A program made the position numbers and the translations under genes. This document shows, piece after piece, positions 11,101-23,200 of a stretch of DNA of 64,000 bases (its first letter is position 1; every line of letters starts with the position of its first letter). The stretch is from Macrostomum hystrix (taxonomy: Eukaryota > Animalia > Platyhelminthes): NCBI GenBank assembly GCA_950097015.1, contig CATNEN010000038.1, forward strand, positions 18,662,001-18,726,000. Direction: 5' to 3'. The notes below the pieces were generated by a model that was given only the letters and a program-made list of their open reading frames with translations, was not told the DNA's origin and ran no database searches.

Positions 11101-13731
11101 AGTAAATTGGCTTGTGTGGGGCTTAACTGGGGGGGTGAAAATTGGTCTGGCGGTAACCAATGAAAACATTATTCATTCGTACTTTCAACCACCCCTCCAG
11201 AAAGAGGAGAAGAAAGACGATGGCAAGCTAAAGAAGAAAAAGAAAGTGGACGAGAGCAGCCTGGTGATTCACAGCACGGAGTCCACTCCGCTAGCCAGTC
11301 TGTCCATCGACTTGTCCGAGCTGCTGGCCACAGCTGGTCAGCGGATCAGCCTGGACTTGAAATCGCAGTCGACGCAGACGCCGCCACCAACTGTGCCTTC
11401 AACGCCTGCTAACGCAGATAAGGTGGGCGTGTGGCGGCTCTTGAAGGGCTTAAGAATGGCGGCTTATCAAAGGACTTAAGTCTGGTGGCTCATCAAAGGA
11501 CTAAGGGGTGGCGGCTTGTCAAAGGGCTAAAGCATAAAGGCTGGCGGCTTATCAAAGGACTAAAGGCTGGCGGCTTATCAAAGGGCTAAAGGCTGGCGGC
11601 TTATCAAAGGACTAAAGGCTGGCGGCTTATCAAAGGGCTAAAGCCTAAAGGGTGGCGGCTTATCAAAGGGCTAAAGCCTAAAGGGTGGCGGCTTATCAAA
11701 GGGCTAAAGCCTAAAGGGTGGCGGCTTATCAAAGGGCTAAAGCCTAAAGGGTGGCAGCTTATCAAAGGGCTAAAGCCTAAAGGGTGGCGGCTTATCAAAG
11801 GGCTAAAGCCTAAAGGGTGGCGGCTTATCAAAGAACTAAAGGGTGGCGCTAGGAAACTCGTAGTTTTCATTTTCTTCTACGCTCGTAATGCTGATACTTT
11901 TTTATCTTACCGTTCAACGTTTACTCGTAAAACTATTTTGTAGATTTTACAACAAAAGTTAATATCTACAATCTGAAATCGATACCCTTTAACACATATT
12001 TCAGAAGTCAAAAGACAAGGCCAAGGATGATAAGAAAAAAGGTAAGAAAAAATAAGAAAAATGTAGAAAAGCACCTGGTAACAAATTTAATAATCATTTT
12101 TAAGAAGGAAAATAACTGCTTCGGCCTAACTAAAATAATCCGATTGCTGAACTCCACTCGTCACTCACGAGCAGGCGTAGCTGTGCAAGCTGCCAAAACG
12201 AAGGCAGCAGGGTCAAAGCCCAATGCCGCCCCTAAAGAGAAGGCGGTAAAATTTGGTAATGTGACATTTATGGCCTGGCCTATAAGGCTAGTAAAAGTAC
12301 GTTGTAAGTCGGATGTCTGTATATCATATTCAGTGTACTCTCCCATTCAGTAGAGAGGTCCGTCTTCTATTGGTCCTAGGATAAGTCCGTTTCAGACTGG
12401 TCCTGGGACAATTGGGTTTCTTATTGGTCAATGGCAAAATTAGATTTCTGATTGGTCCTTGGAAGAGGTTGTTTTTTATTGGTCGTGAGAGAGGTCAGTT
12501 GCCGATTGGTCCAGAGTTAATTTTTTTCAACTGGCGATGAGACGGAGTTATTTCTGATTGGTCTTGTACGGTCGTGAATTCTGTGAATTAGTATTTAATT
12601 CTTTGCTACATTGTACTTTAACGATCCTATTCTTGGGGATCTGTATACAACTCTGAATAAAAAGAAACAATTCATTCGTTTTAGTTCTTTATATTTATGT
12701 CTGCTGTAAACACTTATTACATGCTTTGTTGAAATTTTACCAAGGTCTTTTCGAGTTGTAATTATTTCTAGACAATAGCTTCGATTGGTCAAATGCGAGT
12801 GTAATTTATGTGTCTGCAATCCTTTGTTTTACGCGTGTTCCACTGTCTTTCAGTGCCTCTAATTGTGCAGTTGTTTTCGTTGCTATGTACTCATCATAGT
12901 TTTGTCTTTTAAGTAATGATAATAATTACATATGGCAATTTTATAAGTTTAAAATAAAAACAGGTTAGCTGCATCATTCTTATGCTATACATAGCATATT
13001 TTTTAGTTGAAAACTATTTACTGTAGGTAGATTCTGATATATTTTCTATTTTACGAGAGTATTGCATGTTTAGGGCGTGTTGCCTTAGTCAGATTGGGAA
13101 GGGGTTGTTGCCTTAGTCAGATTGGGGAGGGGCTGTTGCCTTAGTTAGATTGGGGAGGGGTTGTTGCCTTAGTCAGATTGGGGAGGGGCTGTTGCATGCC
13201 TTAGTCAGATTGGGGAGGGGTTGTTGCCTTAGTCAGATTGGGGAGGGGCTGTTGCATGCCTTAATCAGATTGGGGAGGGGTTCTTGCCTTAGTTAGATTG
13301 GGGAGGGGCTGTTGCCTTAGTCAGATTGGGGAGGCGTTGTTGCCTTAGTCAGATTGGGGAGGGGCTGTTGCCTTAGTCAGATTGGGGAGGCGTTGTTGCC
13401 TTAGTCAGATTGGGGAGGGGCTGTTGCCTTAGTCAGATAGGGGAAGGGGTTTTTGTCAGAATTATTTTACTAAATATCTCATTTGCACTGTTAGGCATTC
13501 TTCTCACCATTCCCCGCAGACAAGTCCGGCAAGACAGGCTCAGCGAAGCCTTCTGGCAAGCCTGCTGGCGCCGGAAAAGCGTCTGCGGCGGCAAAAGATG
13601 ATGATGACGACAAGACCGGCGCGCCGCCGCTGCCTCCGCCAGTTGAAGCGCGCATCGAACTGCTCCGCATTCAGTGGCGCAGCGTTAAGGACTGCCCCAC
13701 TGCTGTAGTCATTGCCGTTGATCAGAACTGA
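5184..13731 (+). CDS. LRRC43: Leucine-rich repeat-containing protein 43-like (~709 aa); exons 5184-5303, 5417-5531, 6405-6598, 6695-6805, 6885-7018, 8630-8750, 8823-8940, 9037-9113, 9468-9683, 10210-10512, 10603-10671, 11201-11422, 12005-12041, 12175-12255, 13520-13731
   Basis: Motifs match LRRC43 as I recall it: LLLNEFPCGLGEW, SPW..LRELAI, LEELTLSAN..NLPATLKVLELHGN, WPCLLSLDLSYNHL, LVLAGNPLALTPWYRGYTIDHL..LDD..VSPDERH, Lys-rich tail. All junctions are GT-AG and frame-consistent; total 2130 nt is divisible by 3. Confidence 0.88.
5595..5728 (+). mobile_element. SINE family B, degenerate copy
   Basis: B-box gagttcgaatc followed by caagacaattta..tgcttcagttcatcaagctgta, as in the 7977 copy. Confidence 0.6.
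6040..6350 (+). repeat. Degenerate ~58-bp tandem repeat (ccaatcagcgaaggcgtggggtagaaaa), ~5 units
   Basis: Motif recurs every ~58 bp; reverse-complement copies at 7200-7380. Confidence 0.75.
7200..7380 (-). repeat. Inverted copies of the 6040-6350 repeat (ttctaccccac..cttcgctgattggc)
   Basis: 3-4 degenerate units, reverse complement of the intron-2 motif. Confidence 0.65.
7977..8299 (+). mobile_element. SINE family B, full length: tRNA-derived head, CORE/Meta-like central domain, (TTA)-rich tail, 11-bp TSD
   Basis: A-box TAGCCTAGTGG, B-box GGTTCGATTCC, central tgtgccctttagcaagacacttaactctgcattgcttcagt..cagctgt..aaatgggtacc. TSD TTTGAATAATA at 7966-7976 and 8300-8310. Confidence 0.85.
9170..9366. 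repeat. 20-bp minisatellite (gggagcgtcatctgggattt) x~10
   Basis: Directly visible; LRRC43 intron. Confidence 0.95.
9790..10165. repeat. 22-bp minisatellite (ccatcaatctgcaatccagcat) x~16
   Basis: Directly visible. Confidence 0.95.
10768..11080. repeat. ~125-bp degenerate tandem repeat x2.5 (cagccaattagag...ggggtagaaaa)
   Basis: Duplicated blocks tcgccggcttgta, ggctattaaa, gaatggggtagaaaa, agctcaggaaacgatctgcagggtag. Confidence 0.8.
11430..11850. repeat. 25/33-bp minisatellite (ggtggcggcttatcaaagggctaaagcctaaag)
   Basis: Starts just after donor 11423. Confidence 0.92.
13070..13450. repeat. 28-bp minisatellite (gttgccttagtcagattggggaggggct) x~13
   Basis: Directly visible. Confidence 0.95.
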
Positions 13732-15508
13732 ATTAAGCTATATAATAGAGTTTTTCCTGATGACAATTATCGGAAATCTCCAATGACTTGACTTATTTTC
13801 AATAAGTGTCAGCTAGGGTCATTGTGTCTGACACTAATTTGAGATGGGATTCGAACGTACATGCATATTGTTTCTAAGGCTTAATTTGTGAAAAAATATT
13901 ATTCTTGTATTTCAATTTTTGTTTAGATTTTGTGAAGGGCGTATACTATTTCCCCTTTTTTAAAGCGAATAAAGCTGAATATAACAGATGGTTAAAACTG
14001 ATCATGAACACGAAAATTTGTAACAAGGAAGAAAATGTGGACATTATTATATAATACTCTCTAAAAATCAAGTTAAATAGTATCTTTTTTACTTACATTT
14101 TTTGACTGATTCGGATAATCGCATTAGAACATCGAATAATTAAGACTGTTTTGATAAGGATGGACACTCAAATTATTTTTATAATTTAGTAATAATACTA
14201 AAGATTTCATTGATGAATACATTGCATTTCGTGCATACAAGTAACAACATTGGTTTTGATTTCTCAAGGACAAGTAATTTTCTCAAGGACGACTCGAGTA
14301 TATACGTATATACGTAGTCCTTGTAGTCTTCTGACGTAGTCCTCGAATTTTCTAGGTAAACTGCGCCAATTATTATCAACATGAACAAATGTGAACAATG
14401 CCTTTTGCATAAAAAAAGTTTCATTTCAAGCGGAACCGAATTTCAAGCATAAGCAAACATGATTGTCTGTGTTGTTTTGATATAGATCATATTCAGTAGT
14501 CCCTTAGTAGGTGAATATGCAATTATTGAGTTTTTCTGAATCAGTCTATCGCGCGGTTCGTTCTCGAATTTGTTGTCTATTTTTTCAAAGTCTCCGAAAA
14601 AATAACTAAGTAAAACATATTTTCTAGAAAAATGTTGTACCTGTCACGTTAAGTCACAAAAATTGTGCTATTTTGTAAAAATATTTAAAAAAACTAGATC
14701 ATTTGAGACAAAGTATTTCGATTTATTCTCGCTATGTTTCGTATTCAGGCATTATTTGACATTACCCTCATGATTTCTTTTACAAAAGACATCTAGCCTG
14801 GTTTAAATTTAATTAAAGTAATTAAAGTAAAGTAAAGTAAAGTAATTTAATTTGACCGACTCAAAGTGGAAGCCTTGAATTTATATGATAACGTACTGTA
14901 CTTAATTTAACTGCCTTCTATTATCATAAAGTATAGATAAAACATCACTACTAAAATATTAATAGTAATGAAAAATCTGTTTAAATATTAAATTCAAGTT
15001 TTTAGATATATATTTTGCTTTAACTCTGCCCGCACTGAACATTGCCACAGGCAAGTTCCCCAGAACCACAGAAGCAGCCCCAGTTCGTTAAGTGCAAAAA
15101 GCAACCTTAAGGATCGAAGTTCCATCTCGTCGCATCGATTTGAAATGTAACTTTTCAGAAAAACAGTTTAACGAACGATTCGAAAAGAATGTTTATTTCT
15201 TTATAGACAACTGATTCCTAATTATTTAGCAAACCAGCACTATTGCATATATATATTATAAGTATTAAGATAGGTTTTTAATATATATAATATACATTTT
15301 CCTTTTTATTAGATAGTTAAATAGAAATAAATAAATAATCAATTATGAAAACTAATTATAATCATTCTAATAATATCTATCCATCAACATTTCACTATGT
15401 TACGTTTTTTATATACCATTCTTTTACAGCCTTGATATCAATAGTTTTATCTTTTATCTTATGACCTTAATCTTATCTTAAATCTTAAGAACAGTCTAAC
15501 TTTGTAAG

Positions 15509-15676
15509 CAGGGGCGTAGCCAGGATTTTTTGAGATATCGGTTTTGGTTCTATCCAGCGTATACAGAAAAAAAGCAATTAATTCATTTCTTTCGAAGAAA
15601 CGAAAGGCGAAAAAATTTGAGACATCAAATTTTGGGGGATCGGCCGATACACCGATACCCCCTCGCTACGCCACTG
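15509..15676. mobile_element. hAT-type MITE (168 bp) with 8-bp TSD
   Basis: TIRs CAGGGGCGTAGC / GCTACGCCACTG; TSD TTTGTAAG at 15501-15508 and 15677-15684. Confidence 0.9.
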
Positions 15677-16050
15677 TTTGTAAGTCTAGATTTTTAGTAA
15701 AATTCTTTGTGCTAAAATAAAAAATAGCTTTTCTAACTTACTTTATGTTTACAGAATAAGTTCACTTATACACCTAATCATTTGGGTCAGATTTGGATTT
15801 CAGAGTTGAGTTGTCACATTTTCTGCTCGGAGCAACATCTCTGAGTCTATGGTATCTTTGTAACCAAAGTTCTGATATTTAGTAAAAAATTTTATGCTTT
15901 AACAAAAATGTGTCTCTGACTACTAAAATAATTGAGGCTGAAGTCTAAAATTATAATGCAATTTTATATTTTTTGTCAGTGCTTATCAGTCAGAGACAAA
16001 CTAACTTAAAAAGTTAGATCCCTAACCGTCATTCCCAGCTCACTGCAGCC

Positions 16051-19000
16051 ATGCTGAGTCAGCGTCAACCGGCGCGCAGCGCCGCCACGCCCAAACTGCA
16101 CCAGGCCGTTACGCACACCGGACAGCGTCGCGATGATCCGGACACGCTGCGCCGGTCGCTTAATATCACGGGCACTGCCAAGATGATCGACGTCTGCAGC
16201 AATCTGGATTTAGATTGCGGAGTCGGTGGCGGCGGGTATTTTGCGTCTGCTCGGAGACCGCATGGTCAGTTTGCAAATTTAAACCTACATAAGGGCAGCA
16301 TTAAAGTCCGTATATGAATAATTTACACCGAGTCGCTAATTAAATTTGTTTGACTGATTGCAGACAGTTTCGACGCCCGACTACAACAGAAGAAATTGAA
16401 AGATGAGCTCATCACGGACGCTGAGGTAAACCTTGTAGTTTATAATAGACTAAACAATTATGACTTTAGACTCCACAATGAAGCCATTACTTCCCGCAGA
16501 TTGATTACCTGATTAGGGAGAAACTGCGAAAGGAGCAATACGCCGTCGAGTGCCTGTTTCGCAATGCCGATCCTTCGCGTTGTGGAAAAGTGCAAAGGTT
16601 TGTGACACTGTATGCTTGTACTCTTATGTCTCTCATGCTGCTTATAATAATTAACGGGTGAAGTTGACGTGGGTGAGTGTGTGGGGTAAGAGAATTGACG
16701 GCCTACGTTGGGGTGGGCGAGTGTTTGTGGGTAAAACGAATGCGTGGATGGAGTTGGGGTGGGTAAGGGTTTGTGGGGTAAGAGAATTGACAGTCGCAGT
16801 TGGGGTGGGTAAGGGTTTGCGGTGTAAGAGAATTGAGAGTTGCAGTCGGGGTGGGTGGGGGTTTGTGGGGTAAGAGAATCGACTGTCGGAGTTGGGGTGG
16901 GTGAGTGTGGGGTAAACTGAATTCACTACGGGAGTTGAGGTGGGTGAGGGTTAGTGGGTAAACTGAATGCGCGGATGGGGTTGGAGTGGGTGAGGGTTTG
17001 TAGGTTAAGAGTTATTATAGTGTGGTGCGTCATCATAAGTCTATTAACAAACTCGTTCGATAATTTCAGGAATGCCCTGCTACGCATCTTGTACAGCATC
17101 TGCGGCCACATTCGATTCGAGCAATTCCACCGTTTGCTAGATCGACTCGGTCTTGATGATAAGCAGACCGTGTCTTTCGCCGATTTCAAAGCCAGCTTCG
17201 CCGCTGACGCCTCATCATCGCCGACTTCCGCTGAGGTCGGCTCATTGTCTCTGGGGGGAGGCCCACAAATCGGGCGCTACAGCAGCAAGCCGGTCAGCGT
17301 GGCCCACGCATTCACTATGCTCAGGCAGCGAGCTGCGCAGCCGGGGTTTGAGCCCCGCGATATTTTGCCGCCGGCCTGCTTCGAGCCGGCTGGTGTAGTG
17401 TTGAAGCCTCACCTGCTGCGGGCCCTGTCTCTGCTGCGAATCCCCCTGGCGCCTGGAGATGCGGATAAGTTTTGGGATAGGTGAGGCGATTGCTGATCTT
17501 GCTGAACTGGTAAAACAGAGAAGATAAGGGCGCCATTGGCATGCCATAGAGGTAACGCATCCGACTCCCATTCTTAGAGTCCTGAGTTCGAATCCGTGAC
17601 TTGATCGCACCTTAAATGGTCACTTATCGAGATTTGGCTCATTGCATGCCTCAGTTAATAATAAAAAACCTACTAAGCTTAGCTAGGTGTTCAAAAGCAC
17701 TCGAAAAGTGAATCAACGGCTAGCCGATATGTAGCGAAAATGTTGTAATATAGTTCAAATGTCTGAGGTCGTTTTCTTAAAATGGTTGTGCATAATAGAT
17801 AGATAGCGTAAAATATTGTGCATATATTTAATACCCGATAAAAATCGGAAAACTAAATGGCTATCGCCACTCGAATACCTTCAAGCTTTTTATACAAATT
17901 TTCGATATAACCTACTATTAAACGACTGACAAGTAGTAGGTACGGTGAGTTGAAATTCAATAGTACGGCGCGTTGTTTTTTGTTTACACTCGATTTGGCT
18001 CGTATCTCCGTATGCAAAGTGCGTTACTAGCTGCAGCAGTGCGAATTTCTCCCTAATTTCTTTAAGTATCCCAAATTAAGGCTGTTATTTTTTGGGTTTC
18101 ACATCAGTCATATTTTTCGAGACAGAAAACAGAAGAAGGTCAGAGTCGCATTCTCTGTTTCTTTTTAAAATATTAAAAATATTTTAATATATTTTTGAAA
18201 CACTTTTTCAAGCCAAGCAGCAAAGCCGCTTTTTAATTTCTGGGGAGTGCGTGCCGAATCCTTGGTTTGCAATTAGTTTGAGAGGCCGCATGCGACACAG
18301 AAGAATCAAAGTAAGCAATTAAAAATGAGGGAAATACTCGTTACAAATCATTCCAAGTCTTCTTTTACAATGATTGAAGAATGCTTTGGTAAACATTATC
18401 TGTTGAATTATTTGCAAAAATATAAACTACGTAACAATCGTCTGTTTTGTATATCTCTTAGTAATTTTTATTTATGATTTCTAATTGTTTAAAACGGTTT
18501 TTAAAGTTTTATTTACCGTCTGTTACAGGCTCTCTAAAAATGGTATAAAAACATAGAATAAGGGTAAAAACTAATGTATCCAATTTTCTCTTGTTACTTA
18601 TATGAGCACATTCACCATTTAAACTCAAATAAGATTAAATATTGTTCACTTCAATCTCTTAAACATTTAATTTTTAATCGTATAATACGGTAAAAATGCG
18701 GTCCAAATTGTGCTGATAATAAAATTATTCACACCCTGTAAAAATTGCACCCTGAGAATCGAACTTCCGACCTTCTCTCAGCTAAGTAGTTCTCACACTA
18801 AGGCAAACTCAATTTTCACAGGATTGATCTTCACAGCACTGGAGCGGTCAGCACCAGCCAGTTGATGACATTGCTGGGTATCGGAGGCGGCGACAAGGCT
18901 CAGACTGCTCCGGCGAGGTCCAAGACTGCTCCGAGCAATGCGAGACGCAGAAATCATGAATTGGGCAGCGCTGATGGGATCAGAGAGAAACTGACTGATG

Positions 19001-20260
19001 AGGTAAGACTCATCTACTGATGCCGGGTGTTCTAGCATCTCTACACCTGTATCCTTTCTCTACATTCCTCCTGATCCTTCAGTCAACTGTCACTCCCATT
19101 CCTCCTGATCCTTCAGTAAACTGTCACTCCCCATTCCTCCTGATCCTACAGTCAACTGTCACTCCCCATTCCTCCTGATCCTTCTGTCAACTGTCACTCC
19201 CCATTCCTCCTGATCCTACAGTCAACTGTCACTCCCCATTCCTCCTGATCCTACAGTCAACTGTCACTCCCCATTCCTCCTGATCCTTCAGTCAACTGTC
19301 ACTCCCCATTCCTCCTGATCCTTCAGTCAACTGTCACTCCCCATTCCTCCTGATCCTTCAGTCAACTGTCACTCCCCATTCCTCCTGATCCTTCAGTCAA
19401 CTGTCACTCCCCATTCCTCCTGATCCTTCAGTCAACTGTCACTCCCCATTCCTCCTGATCCTTCAGTCAACTGTCACTCCCCATTCCTCCTGATCCTTCA
19501 GTCAACTGTCACTCCCCCATTCCTCCTGATCCTTCAGTCAACTGTCACTCCCCATTCCTCCTAATCCTTCAGTCAACTGTCACTCCCCATTCCTCCTGAT
19601 CCTTCAGTCAACTGTCACTCCCCATTCCTCCTGATCCTTCAGTCAACTGTCACTCCCCATTCCTCCTGATCCTTCAGTCAACTGTCACTCCCCCATTCCT
19701 CCTGATCCTTCAGTCAACTGTCACTCCCCATTCCTCCTGATCCTTCAGTCAACTGTCACTCCCCCATTCCTCCTGATCCTTCAGTCAACTGTCACTCCCC
19801 ATTCCTCCTGATCCTTCAGTCAACTGTCACTCCCCATTCCTCCTGATCCTTCAGTCAACTGTCACTCCCCATTCCTCCTGATCCTTCAGTCAACTGTCAC
19901 TCCCCATTCCTCCTGATCCTTCAGTCAACTGTCACTCCCCATTCCTCCTGATCCTTCAGTCAACTGTCACTCCCCCATTCCTCCTGATCCTTCAGTCAAC
20001 TGTCACTCCCCATTCCTCCTGATCCTTCAGTCAACTGTCACTCCCCCATTCCTCCTGATCCTACAGTCAACTGTCACTCCCCATTCCTCCTGATCCTACA
20101 GTCAACTGTCACTCCCCATTCCTCCTGATCCTTCAGTCAGCGTCACTCCATTGAAATGTGGTCCTTTAATGTCAATATGTAAATCTATCAGTCACCTATT
20201 TATCAAAATATTATTTACCAATTGTTAAAGGCCCAACTGACTGTTCCTGACCAGAAAGCA

Positions 20261-20294
<34 letters not shown>

Positions 20295-23200
20295 CACCGG
20301 AGACAGCTGAGGCCAGCGCCGCGAAGTCAGTCCCAGACTTCAAATACCTTAGACGCTTTGAGTTGCTACGAAAGAACCGTCCAGTTTTCGACCACTTTAT
20401 GGACGCATTTTACTACATGGTAACTATGCTTTGATTTAGACCTGTCTCATTTATGCCTACCTAACAGTTGAGAATGCCTTCTGCTTTTTTCAACAGTTTG
20501 AGGAGCCCTACAAGGCGCTGCTTGTCGCATTCCAACACTTGGATTCGGATTGTTCCGGCCGCGTTACAATTGGGGATCTGCAGCGAGTCCTCAAGGAATT
20601 CGGCTTCCCAACTGCCGACGGTCCGGATAGCGTCGGGTTTGAGCAGTTTCTGATCCGCTTCGGCCTGCGACCCGGCTACATGGGGGCCGTCAGCTATGCC
20701 GACCTGCTCGGCCGGCTTCAGGCCAAGGGCCCGAATTCACTGCTGAGCCGCTATCTAATTTCGGATAAGACGCCGATTGCGTGAGCCAGTATTCTGCTTT
20801 CTTCAAGAATTGATTCCCCGTGAACTATTAATAGCATCAGGGATTCCCACTGGTGCTAAAAATATCAGGGGGATTCTTTTTGGAGCTATAAATAGCCTGT
20901 TGTCCGAGTGAAGCTATTAATAGCCTCTTGTAATATCTGGATTCTCCTGTTAAATCTAGCATCCGGTAACTAATATTCAATAAATCAAGCCTTGTCGATT
21001 AGGATATTCACTTTATAAAAAGGTTTTTATCTTTCATTATAAGAAATTAAAAATCAAAATTTTAATTTATTTGCATATTTTTCAGGAGTTAGCATTGCCA
21101 ACGCCTAGCATCCTGCTCATTTGTCGCTCTGTTCGTTTTCTATTGTACTGAATATTCAATTATATTTACCTATCAGCAGAAAAGCAGTAAATTAAGGGGC
21201 GTTTTTTGTAAAATGGGTTGCCTGCATTCGAATTGACTCAGGTGTCAGATTTTTTCATTTCCTGGATAAAATGCCTCGTGAGAAAATGATTCGATTTTGA
21301 AAAACTAAATTGACTTGCAAAATGGGATGAATAAGATTGTCTCAACCAGATGGCACTGCTCATTCCTAGTGCACTTATTTCTTCTTTCACAAGGTTGTAA
21401 ACAGCTTCTTTAGCTCCATCCCGACGGATTTTCTCATACTTAACCGGCGGGCGTGCACTTATTCTCCACCTCTTCGTGCCGTGAAGACAGTGGCTTCAGC
21501 CAGATCAATAGGTCGCTGCTTCCACCCAGGCCGCTAACCATACAAACCTACCACCCCCTAGTGAGTGACCGCGCACACAACCAGTATAGGCGACTCTGAT
21601 TGACAGTCTTAATTTCGTCTGGAATTTCCTGGAGAAAAACGCGATAGAAAACTCGCGCCCGCCCCGCCCCCCCCCCAAACCCATCCTTCCTTCTCCTCGG
21701 GGGGGGCACGGGGGGGGGCAATACGTGGATCTATTTGGGCCGGTTAGAATTTAACAATTTTTATCAGGCGGCTCAAAAAATTGACCCCAAGCTTCCACTC
21801 AGCGAGCTCGCTAGATCGTAAACACGCCCTCGGGAGTTATTGGTACTATAGTAGATCCCACTCCTCTGCCATAATCTCTGCTAATCCCGCCTCCAATTTT
21901 CGGCTTGGTTTTTTTTGAAATTTTCGCAATTCAACCGAATCAAGCGATGAGCAAGTCCCAATGTACTCAGTTGCTAGTTCTAAGCTGTTTATGATGAATA
22001 TTACGAATTTATCGATTGCTAAACATGTTTTCCTCTCGCCTCCGTGCTTCCAGTTTTGAGGAAAATCAGCAGCAGCAGCAGAACTTGTCTCCGTATCAGA
22101 TGGAGCTGCGTCTGCTGCAGTTCTTGCATCGCGACTACCTCACGCTGCACTTTGGATTCGCGTGAGAATCTCGCTGATAATCTGCTTTCGTTCTATGAAC
22201 TATTTTAGAATGGGAGGATTTCCCAAGATTTATATATTTAGAATTAGAAAATCCACTTGGGGAATCCTTCTCGAGGAATCCCAAAGGGGTTAAACTTGTT
22301 ATTTTACTTACGTGAAATTTTATGTTAGTTTAAAGTTTCTATTCGGAATTTTCTGTCTAGAACTAAAAGAAAATTCAGCTGTGGCCTCTTTGAATTTCTA
22401 AAAAAACTGCAAATTAGCAGTTGCACTGCACCTTGGGAAATCCCTCTAGGAATTCCCAGGGAAATCCTTCTTGGAATTCCCAGGGAAATCCTTCTTGGAA
22501 TTTCCAGGGAAATCCTTCTTGGAATTCCTAGGGAAATCCTTCTTGGAATTCCCAGGGAAATCCTTCTTGGAATTCCCCTTCTTGGATTCTATGAATTCCT
22601 AGGGAAATCCCCATACGAATTTCTAGGTAAATCCTTGGCCAATCCCTTTAATAATTACTTGCCAAATCTCCTCTATTTTCTTTGAAAGGTTGGAAGGCTA
22701 GAGCTTTAGTTAGAAAAGGTTATTTGGAATAACACGTGGTTAGATTTATTTATTATTGCATTTTTAGTCGGGAAGACCCAAACAATACTGGCTTCGTGTC
22801 CGAGGAGGCGTTCCACAGCGTCCTGTCTCGCGTCAACAAGGCCGAGGTGCCGGCTAATCAGCTTGCTGGTGTGCTGACTCGCCTTCCAAGAAGCCGCGGC
22901 GGCGCTGTTCAGTACAAACCGTTTTTGGAGCAGTTTTACATTGCGTGAGTTATGGGAAATTCAGGCGAAAATTTCTGCCTGTACAAATTACTCCACCCTT
23001 GCGATTCCCTTTCTTCCTATGGGATTCCCCTTACAGACCTTTCTGTACTTGGGATTCCCCTATGGACCGTTATGTATTTGGAATCCCCCAGGGGATTCGT
23101 CCAGGGGAATTCGTCCAGGGGAATTCCCAGTGAATTCATTTCCTTCTGGGATTCCTTTGCGTACATATCAGGAGCTAGAATTTCATAGCGATTGCATTTA

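Noticed and set aside
19063-20140. CRISPR-like 35-bp repeats (also the 34-bp array at 55160)
   Set aside because: Head-to-tail units with no unique spacers, no cas genes, eukaryotic context.
21655-21720. C-run/G-run island in an EFCAB6 intron
   Set aside because: Possible G4/hairpin or TE fragment, but no termini, TSD or second copy found.
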